From Eledone cirrhosa (taxonomy: Eukaryota): a stretch of 64,000 nucleotides of DNA. Positions 52,096 to 63,478 of this stretch are shown here, in pieces. Within the stretch, counting starts at the first letter, position 1. The number at the start of each line of letters is the position of its first letter. The DNA is taken from positions 86,366,001-86,430,000 of the forward strand of contig OZ024747.1 in the NCBI GenBank assembly GCA_964016885.1. Direction: 5' to 3'. The position numbers and the translations under genes were made by a program. The notes beneath the pieces are model-generated. The model ran no database searches and had not been told where the DNA came from. It was given only the letters and a program-made list of their open reading frames with translations.

Positions 52096-52440
52096 GGTTT
52101 AATATATGTATATATATATTTATTTAGGTTTGTTGGTTCACCAGTGGATAGAACTGGTCATTCCGTATGGTCAATCCCGATGTAATATTATGGAGAGCAC
52201 TCAACGTAATGCAACTCACCCGTCTTCGTTTGTGTAGTTAGTGGTGCGAGTACGGAGTTAATTATTATAAAATAACAGGAGGCTGGACTGGTGTAAATCC
52301 TTGAAAGGTTTATTATATTATGATCATCTCAATGACCGGGTTCAGTATGAATCCGGTGATATCATCAGGTATTCAAAATATAACAAAGGAATATAACAGA
52401 TAAGATCCATGGGGGTGAAAAGACTCGAGAGCGGCCGACT

Positions 52441-52714
52441 ATTGACTGACCAACGGTCAAAAATACAGATATAATATAGATATAAACACGTATAGTCTAA
52501 CAAAATTCTTTCGTTGCACATCTGCAACATCGTCAGTGGTGCTATTATGTTCCTCCTGTTGTATCTGAAGATGGAGTAGATATACAATACAACAGGAGGA
52601 ACATAATAGCACCACTGACGATGTTGCAGATGTGCAATGAAAGAACTTTGTTAGATTATATATATGTGTTTATATCTATATTATATCTGTATTTTTGACC
52701 GTTAGTCAGTCAAT
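52441..52714. repeat. Inverted repeat (arms of about 125 bp, 22-nt spacer) with an HHR-like core in each arm
   Basis: 52441-52564 versus 52587-52714; CTGACGA-t-GTTGCA-gatg-TGCAAY-GAAA at 52615-52642 (+) and 52509-52536 (-). Confidence 0.85.
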
Positions 52715-53086
52715 GGTAACATTGAGGACCGAATGAATTAACTGTGGAGATATAAAAGATACAGAAGCGAAAAATCAACCATACAGTGAGTGTGTTCTGT
52801 TATTATTTCTGGCAATATTATTACAACAATATGACCCTCCCCAAGTCCCAAGTATAACAATATTTGTTTCGACACACGATTTCATATCAAAAACCTCGCA
52901 AAACAAATATATATATATGTATGTATATATATATATATATATCTATATATATATATATTTCCCGTATGAGCAAGACAAGGTCAGCCGACTGGACACTGCC
53001 TGTCCACAACAGGACAACCCGTCTAACCCATGCTAGCATGGAAGAACGGACGTAAAACGATGATGATGATGATGATGATATATATA

Positions 53087-53169
<83 letters not shown>

Positions 53170-53750
53170 CAATCAATGTTGGCACAATTTTAAACATATC
53201 TTTCTAGTAGTGTTATGTGGCATTGTATGAGTAATTGTGAAGCCTATCATATAACAATGAGATGATGTTTAAGAAGGGTCATCTTACTTATCTTATTTTG
53301 TATACTCAATGTATAAGTGCCTGGTGGAACATCTAGATGATGACACATCTAAAACAAAGAAACAGGTTCCTCTAGAAGAGGAAGTCATGATAATATAGAG
53401 GAAATTAATTTCATGTAAGGGTATGTGTGGGTATGTTTTAATGTGAGTGTTAGTTTTTGTTTAAAAGCAGCAAGTCATTAACCATTTAACATTTACATTA
53501 CTCTATATTTACTATTTTATTTTTGTGGTAAAGGCCTTACCTTACATAAAAAGCTATGAGATATCTATTTGTATAAACATAGTTCAACATTAGAAATGGC
53601 AAAGTTTTATTTGTTTAACGCTGATATATATATATATATAGTCCTATATGAGAGAGACACAGTCACCCGACCAATCTTGCCTCAAGTGGGATAATTCCCG
53701 TCTAACCCATGCTAGCTTGGAAGATAGACGTTAAACGATGATGATGATGA

Positions 53751-53790
<40 letters not shown>

Positions 53791-54026
53791 AAATATTGAT
53801 GCAATTCCATTCAAGAACTCAACGTACTTTTCCCACATAGGAATGATGAAGTATTTATAGAATAATGAAATACCAAGTAGTTTAGGTATTAAAACTCCTG
53901 TATTGAAAGGAATTTTGATGACAGCAGAGGTCACGTAATTCCGTGTTAAATCCAATGCCATGGTCTCATCAGACAGCATCTTACATAATAAGGTTACTTA
54001 TATTAGGCAATCCATATATATATATA

Positions 54027-54151
54027 TAGGAAAAGAGTCAGGACCCCGACAGCTGAAATCCGGTCTTTTCGACAGCTAGATGCGAACATTGTTTGGATCT
54101 AGCTGTCAAAACGACCGGAGCTCAGTGTTCGGGGTCCTGACTCTTTTCCTA
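54027..54151. repeat. Imperfect palindrome of 125 bp
   Basis: TAGGAAAAGAGTCAGGACCCCGA...GACAGCTAGAT versus ATCTAGCTGTC...TCGGGGTCCTGACTCTTTTCCTA. Confidence 0.85.
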
Positions 54152-55226
54152 TTACCCACTCTACTACCCTAAGTATCGAGTACTCTGGTGCGTTATGGTC
54201 CACCTGGTTTTAACCATAATTTCTTTGTTATATATATACATAGCTTGGGGATCTTTTGCTGCTGGTTGCTTCTGATAGGAACCTCTGGAAGATGTGTTTG
54301 AGGACCCTGCATCCACAACCCTCTCGGGAATAAGTGGGCAAAGAAGACCTTCATTTATATTTTCATGTAAGAACCTGTGATAAATTATGCTCCAAACACC
54401 AGTTTAACCCTTTTCATATCAAACCACCTGAAGCCATTCCATATTCTATGATACAAAACTCTTTATTTTAAAATGTTTATATTTATATCTAAAACCCTTC
54501 CTTCATCATTTTATATAAGAAACTTTAAGTTACATTCCAAACCCTAACTTAATAATGGGAAAGATTGTTATAATAGTAAATCCTTCCAAATTTATGAGTA
54601 TTTTAAAAATTATTTGAAAATCATAGAAAAAAAGAAAGAAAGAGAAAAAATGAAAGAGTGAGTGTTAGAGAAAGGGGAGATCATAAGACTATGTGTCCCT
54701 GTACCATATCTCATTTGACCCGCAGACAAAATAGTGAAGGCTTAGCTGTAGGCACTGTTGAGACCTCTTGTGTTCTCAGTCCATGAGCAAGGAGCCCCAT
54801 AAGGTAGAGTGGCTGATGCAGTGGGTGTTGCTGGCTGTTCTTCGTAGCAATGCTTTTGCCATCATAGAAAGTGTCTTCTATTTAAAATATGGTGAATAAA
54901 ACTGATTGTAACATTTGTTTTTTTTTTATATTTCTACTCTCCTCCCTTCTCTTTATATATATATATATAGAAAACCTGCATTTGGATTTTACCATCATTT
55001 CCACTTGGGTCCAGGTCTGTTTATATCATTTATTTTGTTTGACCTGTTTAGCTTGACTTGTTTTTTGGCTTAGGTGGTTAATGCCTTCTTGACCACTTTT
55101 CAGTTTGTATGGCGTTTTAACATATTGTTTAGATCTAGTTTTTCTTAACTATTGGAGCGCTTGCCAGCATTTCTACGATTTTGCGTTTCGTTTCACTTTT
55201 TCTACCAGCCGAAATATATATATATA

Positions 55227-55257
<31 letters not shown>

Positions 55258-55317
55258 TTGTTTCTACTTTTGGCACAAGGCCAGCAATGACCCAGCACAT
55301 TACTGGTACTTTATTTA

Positions 55318-55835
55318 TAATAATAATAATAATAACAATTATTGTGTCCCGTGCTCAAGTGCACTACAACTCATCAAAGGTGCATATATAGTATATAGAA
55401 TAATATACAAATATCAGGAAAGTGAACAGTGTATGAGTCATGATAAACACACAAACACACACACATATGTACATGTGTATGGAGGGAGAATATCAGGTGT
55501 AGTGTTGCCAATTTTCAGGAAGCATGGAAGTTTTGAAGGATGCAGTGTCCCGACAGATAACAACTGATGCAGGTAGATTGTTCCTTGCTTTAGCAACTCC
55601 AAGCGTGAAAAAATGTTTCCGAAAGTCATTGAAGCTGTCCTGTTTTCTGAATTTGTAGGCATGCCCACGGGAATTAGACACATGGAATTCAAAAAGGTGC
55701 TCAGGGTTGTTGTTGGAAAGATGGTTAATAATTTTGTTGGTGTCTACCAAGTCAGTTGCCAGACATTGAGAGTTTTAATGTATCCATGCCCAGGGAAGCA
55801 AGGCATTCAGAGTATGCTAGATGCCTGATGGAGGA
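55318..55835 (-). mobile_element. CR1-clade LINE 3' fragment; SINE A tail adjacent at about 55230-55315
   Basis: Homologous to 48978-49460. Confidence 0.88.
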
Positions 55836-56152
55836 TATATATAAATATATATCATCATCATCATCATCGTTTAACGTCCATCTTCTACGCTAGCATGGGT
55901 TAGGCGGTTTTGTTCCATTGGAAGCGTCTCAGGCAAGTTTTTTTTACAGCTGGATGCCCTTCCTAACACCAACCACATCTACAGTGTGGACTGGGAGCCT
56001 TTTCACCGTGTCTCCTACACGAACACCTTACAGTGTGGACTGTTGTGTCATCGACACAGTGGGCGGAACGGGAGAGGGAGGATGAGGTAGGGTGTGGCGG
56101 TAAGGGGTACATTGAGTTAAGAGGTGCCTACTGACTGTAGGTTTGTATGCAA

Positions 56153-56184
<32 letters not shown>

Positions 56185-56494
56185 TTGTGTGTATACTTTG
56201 TAGTTCCTTTTCCCATTTCATATGCCATGTTTTGTATTGTATGTAGGCGTCCTTAAGGTCAATAAAGCTAAGATTATTGTTTTCATACTTTTTCTTTTAT
56301 TTAAAATATTTCATTTTTACCTGAGCTACGCAGAGATAAACTTACCTGTAATCAATGCAGACTTTGAGATCTGATGCACGTACTTATGAGAGAGGAATGA
56401 GGCTAGGATAATGGAGGTGGAGAGGGTAAAGGTGGAATAGAAGAATGGACTGAATCGGATTAACACAATTATTATAATGATGATAATAATAGTG

Positions 56495-57265
56495 TTAATG
56501 GTGGTGGTGATGGGGTGGTGGTAGTACTAGTGTTGGTGTTGGTGGTAGTGGTGGTGGTGATGGGGTGGTGGTAGTAGTAGTGTTAGTGTTGGTGGTGGTG
56601 GTGATGGGGTGGTGGTAGTAGTAGTGTTAGTGTTGGTGGTCGTGGTGGTGGTGATGGGGTGGTGGTAGTAGTAGTGTTGGTGTTGGTGGTAGTGGTGGTG
56701 GTGATGGGGTAGTGGTAGTAGTAGTGTTGGTGTTAATGGTGGTGGTGATGGGGTGGTGGTAGTAGTAGTATTAGTATTGGTGGTCGTGGTGGTGGTGATG
56801 GGGTGGTGGTAGTAGTAGTGTTGGTGTTAATGGTGGTGGTGATGGAGTGGTGGTAGTAGTAGTGTTGGTGTTGGTGGTAGTGGTGGTGGTGATGGGGTGG
56901 TGCTGTTGGTGGTGGTAGTAGTAGTGTTGGTGTTGGTGGTAGTGGTGGTGGTGATGGGGTGGTGCTGTTGGTGGTGGTAGTAGTAGTGTTGGTGTTGGTG
57001 GTAGTGGTAGTGGTGATGGCAGTGGTGGTGTTGTTAGTGCCAGTACATGTGGTGGTGATGCTGCTGCTGTTAGTGTTGGTAGTGGTAGTGGGGGTAGTAG
57101 CAGTAGTGGTGGTGGTGGTGTAAGTGATGGTGCTGATACTGGTGGTGGTAATGGTGGCAGTAGTGTTGTTGCTGCTATTCGTGGTAGTGGTATTGGTGGT
57201 GGCAGTGGTGGTGTTGTTGGTGGTAGTAATAGTGTTGGTGGTAGTGGTATTGGTGGTGATGCCAT
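56495..57265. repeat. GGT/AGT/TGT triplet-based minisatellite
   Basis: Repeating GGTGGTGGTGATGGGGTGGTGGTAGTAGTAGTGTTGGTGTT-like units that decay to the right. Confidence 0.9.
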
Positions 57266-57269
57266 TGGT

Positions 57270-57535
57270 GAACTGAAGGCATAAGAGGAACCAAATGCTG
57301 TGTGCAGGAGAGGAGATTATGTTGGTATGGACATGTGATGCATATGAAGGATGAGAGCTGCATAAAAAGGTGCAGAGCGCTCAAAGTCGATGGAAGCCTT
57401 GGGGTGGGGAGACCCAGGAAGACTTGGGATGAGGAGATAAAAGTTGACTTTGCCCAATTACACCTTTCAAAGGTGATGATGATACAGGACCGAGATTCCT
57501 GGCGTTACACAGTAATATAGAAGACCCACCTTTGT
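57270..57535 (+). pseudogene. RTE LINE 3' fragment
   Basis: RRLCWYGHVMHM...GRPRKTW...QDRDSWR. Confidence 0.8.
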
Positions 57536-57570
57536 ATGGGCACAGGTTGTAGCTGTAGCATATATACAGA

Positions 57571-58000
57571 ACACTATAAAGTGGTTGTGTAGATGTCACA
57601 ACAAAAAGCACCCAGCCCACACTCTAGAGTGGTCATGTAGGTCACAACAAAAAGCATCCAGTCCACACTATAAAGTGGTTGTGTAGATGTCACAACAAAA
57701 AGCACCCAGCCCACACTCTAGAGTGGTCATGTAGGTCACAACAAAAAGCATCCAGTCCACACTATAAAGTGGTTGTGTAGATATCACAACAAAAAGCACC
57801 CAGCCCACACTCTAGAGTGGTCATGTAGGTCACAACAAAAAGCATCCAGTTCACACTATAAAGTGGTTGTGTAGTGTCACGACAAAATGCACCCAGCCCA
57901 CACTATAAAATGGTCATGTAGGTGTCACAACAAAACGCATCCAGTCCACACTGTAGAGTGGTCATGTAGATGTCACGACAAAAAGCATCCAGTACTCACT
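57571..58000 (+). repeat. Minisatellite of alternating 48/46-bp units (94-bp dimer), running into a SINE B 3' end
   Basis: ACACTATAAAGTGG at 57571, 57665, 57759 and 57853. Confidence 0.9.
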
Positions 58001-58149
58001 GTACATGAAGTTGGTATTAGGAAGGGCATCTAGCTATAGAAACCACCCCGAAATCAGTTCTGTATGAGGAAGACATGATCACCTTACCTAGCATTATCCA
58101 CAACAGGACAACTCATCTAACCCATGGGAAAATGGATATAAAACGATGA

Positions 58150-58890
58150 AACCTTCACCTCACATATCCTAGATTAAAAGCTGTCAAACATCCAGAAGTA
58201 TGGTAAAAAATACATATGATGCATCCAATTCCTCTTATGCTGAGTTTTCTTCTCAGTTTGCTTATGCAGCCAAGGACCATGTTTCACTGCTATGTAGCAT
58301 TGCTGTTTGCTCACAGGCATCATACAGCTTACCCTTCACTCTGAGAGAGAAGCCCTTTGTTGTCAGCAGAGCTATCACACTTTCAGAGCACTCTCCTCCA
58401 CTGGTGATTACACTGTGCACCTTATAGAATTTCTGCCCACCTCTTTCTGACATTGAATAAGGCGACTTTCTTGTTGGTATCGGTACTCTTTCTTACTTAT
58501 AAAGACTTTTGTCTTTGCTAAGTCTACTTTTAGGCATTTCAACTGTAGGTATTCTTCCATACTTGAAAATTTGCTTCAAATTCAGATATAAGGACTAAGT
58601 GATCAACATACAGGAGTTCTCATGGGGTGCCAGGTTTATACCCCCCAGTGATGGTCTAGGGACAATAATAAACAGAGGTGGACAGAGTAATGAGCCCCTC
58701 CTGCACTTCAAATTCATGATTCTATTCATTGCCAATTCTCACTTTGCTGGTTGCACATTTGTACATGCTTTACACAGCCCTCATAGGCCATTCATCTACA
58801 CCTAACTTCCTAAGTGCCCACCGAATTACAGAGGATGGGATCCTGTTGAGGGCCTTCTCAAGATCTACAAATACCAGGTAGAGGGTATCA
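58150..58890 (-). pseudogene. Degenerate RTE LINE fragments
   Basis: Minus strand FSLRVKGKLYDAC...MLHSSETW and YLVFVDLEKAL remnants. Confidence 0.65.
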
Positions 58891-59688
58891 GTGATATATT
58901 TGTATATATATGAATCATCATTATCATTGCTTTATGTTCATTTTTCCATGCTTGCATGGGTTAATGGGTTTTTTCCAACACATCATCCCGGATTTTAGAA
59001 TAAATGCTTTGCATCTCTGTATGTGGTAAGAGACGACTAAAAGGGTTTGGTGTCTGGAATGGCATCTGGCTGTAAAATGTTTCAGAACATTCTGCCCAAC
59101 CCTTACCAGCAAGGAAAAGTGGATGTAAAAACAATGATGATGATGGCACACACACACACATACACATACACAAATATGAATGTATACATTTCATTTCTGT
59201 GACATTAAGCATCCACTTACTTTAATTTTCCTCCTCTCCTTCCTCTTGCAACTGCTGCCCCTCTTCCTCTACCGACTACCATCTATTTTCTCTACAATCT
59301 TGCTCTTTTGTCTCCATTACTTCTTCCTCCTTCAAATTTCTATTTGATCTGAAGTGGTGTTCTAAGTGGAGATCGGTTATATTTTCAAAATTGCATGAAA
59401 TCTAACCTACAAATTATACAGTCATACATACATACATATTGCAAAACAAATAATATATATATATATAAAGGATAACAAAAAATCGTTAAAGGTAATCCAA
59501 TTAGAGGTTGTGAATACTTCTTATTATGGATAGTTTTAGCGTACGGCGTTGCTTGACTCAACAAGAGGTTTACGTAGATGGCGAGTTTATGATTTAACTT
59601 GTATTCCTATGTAAGTTTATCTTAGAATAATATAATTGAAAAAGTGGAGAATAACATGGTCAACAGTACAAAAAAGGGGATTTATTTG

Positions 59689-59798
59689 CAGTCTAACAAT
59701 TGTTTCACTGATAGAGTTGTCTAAAAATTGCTGAACACTAAAATTAGTGCCACTCAATTTTAAATACGATGTTAACTCTATTAGATCATCGGAAACTG
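59689..59798 (-). ncRNA. Hammerhead ribozyme with long helix II (U4C core variant)
   Basis: Minus strand CAGTTT-CCGATGA-tCTAATAGAGTT...AACTCTATCAGt-GAAA-C-aatt-GTT-AGACTG. Confidence 0.6.
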
Positions 59799-60399
59799 AT
59801 CAAAACATATATCTGTAACCGTCAAATTTACAAATTCAAATTACATCATCAATAATAATATTAATAATAAAGATATAGAGAGAAAAGGAAGAAGAAAGGG
59901 AGATAGATACAGTAAAGAAAAAAAGGAAAGGAAGGAAAAAGAAGACGAAGGAAAAGGAAAAAGAAAAAGAGAAAGAAGAAGAAAAGGAGAAATTATTATA
60001 GATAGAAATATAAAGAGAGGAAGATATATAGAATATGATGGTATATAGATGAGAGACAAACGTAAATAAGAATAAACGAATGATAGAGAGAAGAGAATAT
60101 ATCGGGCAGTAAGCGATATATTTACAAACTGTGCGGTTTTATGCCCTATAGAATGGAAATAGCCATCTGAAGAGCTGATCTTTCCATTGGAAATTCTCTG
60201 AATTTCCAATCTTTTGTGAAGCGAAACCGTCGGTAACAGCATTTTGAACAGGTGAATATTTAAATCGTATTTTAATTTATTTAAAAGATTGTTTAATACT
60301 TGCTTGTTCCGCTCATCTCGTTTTTGACCCGCACGGGTCACCCACCGGCAACGGAACGGGCTGCGGCGTGCGGGGGAAAATGGTACTACACCGCACGCC

Positions 60400-60933
60400 T
60401 TGAGATATAACAGTACCAATGACCGAGATAGAGACATAGATAACAACATAGGCAGCAATAGTAATAGCTTTACTTCAGGAACTAGGAGCGACTGTGACAG
60501 AAAATGCAACTGTCGTGACAGGGGAGGCTACCCTCTCAGGGGAAACTGCCTGACTGATAAGGTTATTTATAGGTGCACCCTAACTAGCCATAATGGAGTT
60601 AAACACTATATAGGGGCCACCTCTGGCCAGTTCAAAACAAGATTTAGAACATATCTCCACTCTTTCAGGAACAAAAAACTAATGCACTCCACGTCACTTG
60701 GCAATTACGTCACTACATTAAAAGACGCCAACATCAGCTTCTCCACACACTGGGATATTGTCGGTGGGACTGCATTCTACAATTTCAAGAGGAAGTGCCA
60801 GCTTTGCCTCATGGAGCTTTACTACATCATAAAAACACCCCACGAGCTCATAAACAGCAGAACCGAATCAGTCATAAACTGTAGGCACCGAATGCAAGCG
60901 TCTTACTTCGGGTGGGAAGCGACTGCGGCATGA
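60400..60933 (+). CDS. Penelope-like GIY-YIG endonuclease remnant (second family)
   Basis: CNCRD..YPL.GNCL...VIY...HYIGAT...FKTRF; CQLCLME; CRH; RT absent. Confidence 0.85.
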   Translation: MRYNSTNDRDRDIDNNIGSNSNSFTSGTRSDCDRKCNCRDRGGYPLRGNCLTDKVIYRCTLTSHNGVKHYIGATSGQFKTRFRTYLHSFRNKKLMHSTSLGNYVTTLKDANISFSTHWDIVGGTAFYNFKRKCQLCLMELYYIIKTPHELINSRTESVINCRHRMQASYFGWEATAA

Positions 60934-61009
60934 AAACTATAAACTGAGTCCCCCTGCCCAAACCATAACACTCTGGTGGGCAAGCGGTGTAAACAAACAT
61001 CTGTGAACT

Positions 61010-61130
61010 AAATATACATCCCAGACCCGGCTCGAACCGGCATTAGTAAAGCAGCACCCACAAAATAATAAATATGCATCCCAGATCTGGCTCGAACCGG
61101 CATTAGTAAAACAGCACCCACAAAATAATA
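61010..61130 (+). repeat. 60-bp tandem duplication in the Penelope 3' region
   Basis: ATCCCAGA..GGCTCGAACCGGCATTAGTAAA.CAGCACCCACAAAATAATA at 61019 and 61079. Confidence 0.9.
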
Positions 61131-61219
61131 ACGTAAAACACCATCATGTGAATGGGTAAAAAAGCCAGTGGGACAAGATTATTCGAGAACCGGCCAGAGT
61201 TACTCCCCCCTGCTCTGCG

Positions 61220-61395
61220 GTAATAACTGTTTCTACTTTTGGCACAAGGCCAGCAATTACCCAGTACATTACTGGTACTCTATTTTATCGACCCCGTAAG
61301 AATGAAAGGCAAAGTGAACCTCGGCGGGATTTGAACTCAGACCGTAAAGCATGGCGTCCGACTATCTACCGATACTGCCAATCCACCGGCGGTAA
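61220..61395 (-). mobile_element. SINE family A copy
   Basis: Reverse complement of the 2950-3112 type sequence. Confidence 0.85.
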
Positions 61396-61490
61396 TAACA
61401 ACACACGCACTTAAGCGAAGAATAAACTCTGATGTGAATTTAACCTTAAAACCTCTCCTGGGTCGCGTACTGATCATTTTTTTGTTTTCC

Positions 61491-61535
61491 ATGCCCTTGA
61501 TAAGCCCGTTCTGGGCGAAACGTACTTAGGGGCAT
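61491..61535 (+). ncRNA. Hammerhead ribozyme with U3-A8 core
   Basis: ATGCCC-TTGATAA-GCCC-gttct-GGGC-GAAA-cgtact-TA-GGGgCAT. Confidence 0.65.
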
Positions 61536-61581
61536 TGTTATATAAACATGTTTTAACGGTATATACTCCTTTGTATTCTTT

Positions 61582-61630
<49 letters not shown>

Positions 61631-61712
61631 AAAGTTTTATTTAAAATTGTTGGGTTACAACAAGTAAATATTTTATAACTGATATAAAGCACTCGACAAG
61701 TTTTTGGAGTAG

Positions 61713-62080
61713 ATATACGATATTAAACAAATGGAAACTATATTTATAAAACCATATTTATTTCATTATACATATTTCGGGGATACCATATTAAAAATAT
61801 GGCATGCCTTCGTCAGATAAAATACAATATATAAACAGTTTTATAAATAATTTTGACGTACCATAAATATGAGCGACCATTATGTAGGAAGTTGGAAACC
61901 AAACCAACTTCCTACATAATGGTCGCTCATATTTATGGTACGTCAAAATTATTTATAAAACTGTTTATATAATGTATTTTATCTGACGAAGGCATGCCAT
62001 ATTTTTAATATGGTATTCCCGAAATATGTATAATGAAATAAATATGGTTATATAAATATAGTTTCCATTTGTTTAATATC

Positions 62081-62086
<6 letters not shown>
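61713..62086. repeat. Near-perfect palindrome (183-bp arms, 8-nt loop) of a Penelope terminal region, one HHR per arm
   Basis: 61713-61895 versus 61904-62086; HHR TATTTTAT-CTGACGA...GAAA-tatgta-TA-ATGAAATA at about 61975-62040 (+) and its mirror on (-). Confidence 0.92.
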
Positions 62087-62148
<62 letters not shown>

Positions 62149-62150
<2 letters not shown>

Positions 62151-62413
62151 GATAACAAATTATCGTTATAGGTAATCCAGTTAGAATACTCCGCGTCGTG
62201 GATAGTTTTAACGTACGGCTTTGTTTGACTCAACAAGATGTTTCCATAGTTATGCAGCGAGTTCGTGGTAATTTCTATGCAGGTTATACTTGGAGTAATA
62301 ATAGTTAAAGAAAGGAGAGTAACATGGTTGGCTGATCAACGAAACAATTGTCAGTAATTTAAATAAAGCCCTTATTGTACAGCAAACCATGTTACTCTTC
62401 TTCCTTTAACTAT
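62149..62413. mobile_element. Penelope-type terminal fragment with terminal inversion; homologous to 59470-59700
   Basis: Shared GGATAACAAA..ATCGTTA.AGGTAATCCA.TTAGA start; inverted arms 62301-62329 and 62385-62413 enclose GAAACAATTGTC. Confidence 0.6.
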
Positions 62414-62494
62414 ATATATATATCGTGGCGAAAGGTAACCTGGAAAGCAGGGCATGCAGTCCAATCGCCATGGCGGAAAGTGGTGGAGTGTGTG

Positions 62495-62762
62495 CTGTCT
62501 TTTTATGTGTCTAGGATTTAGTAAGCAGTCAAAATTCTGCTTGCCCCAAAGCTGTCGTGTGTTTGTGTGTACGTGTGTGTGTGTGTGTGTGTTTTCTTTT
62601 TATGTGTCTACAATTTAGTAAGCAGTCAAAATTCTGCTTGCCCCAAAGCTGTCGTGTGTATGTGTGTGTGTGTGTGTTTGTGTGTATGTGTGTGTGTGTG
62701 TGTGTGTTATCTTTTTTTGTGTCTATACGTTTTAGTAAGCAGCCAAAATTCTGCTTGCTTCA
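62495..62762 (+). repeat. Three tandem copies of a motif containing the AAGCAG-N8-CTGCTT hairpin, separated by (GT)n
   Basis: TTTAGTAAGCAGYCAAAATTCTGCTTGC occurs three times. Confidence 0.85.
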
Positions 62763-62817
62763 AACGACGCAATTGATCAACTCAAGATTTTATAACGCAA
62801 GCACTGAGCCTTCGCCC

Positions 62818-62888
<71 letters not shown>

Positions 62889-63443
62889 GTGAGGTTTTTT
62901 TTTACAAAATGAAAAATAACCGAGGTGTCCTACACGAGTGAAAGTGTAAAGAAAAAAAGATGAAATCGAAAATGCAACTGGAGTCTTATTTAAAAAAATA
63001 TATATATATTTATTTGATTCCTTTACCGGTTTCGCAGTTCTTCTGCTTTTCAAAAGTAGAGTTGAGATGGAGGGTCTGTGGTTTTTCTCACATGTGAGAA
63101 AAACCCAGCACTCACTGTAAATGAGGTTGGTGTTAGGAAGGGCATCAAGCCAGAATCAGTTCCTGTATGAGCTAGACAAGGTCAGCTGACTGGACATTGC
63201 CCACAACAGGATAACCCGTCTAACCCATGTTAGCATAGAAGAACGGACGTAAAACGGTGATGATGATATATGTATATATATATATATACACGCACACACA
63301 TATATATATTTATTAAAATAACAGATTAAAGTTTAAGCAATGAATCGCTGCTTTCACCCTTAACGGGATCTTCTGAAACTAAAAAAAAAATCAATCTGTG
63401 AACGCAGTCTTCACATTTATTATTATTACTATATATATATATA

Positions 63444-63478
63444 TTAGCAGATTTACCCGGCGTTGCTCGGGGTTTGAA
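63444..63478 (-). mobile_element. Helitron-like 3' terminus
   Basis: Minus strand GC-rich hairpin CCCGAGCAACGCCGGG, 8 nt, then CTAA|T (CTRR-3'), next to (TA)n. Confidence 0.6.

Noticed and set aside
52331-52374. Minus-strand CTGATGA...GAAC-CCGGTC hammerhead-like motif
   Set aside because: GAAC instead of GAAA and poor helix I; possibly a decayed copy but not supportable.
56771-57265. Pro/Thr/His-rich 164-aa minus-strand ORF
   Set aside because: It is a translation of the GGT/AGT triplet minisatellite.
59841-60509. 222-aa minus-strand ORF next to the GIY-YIG remnant
   Set aside because: Both ends are low complexity. The middle may be an inverted piece of the Penelope element, but I recognise no domain.
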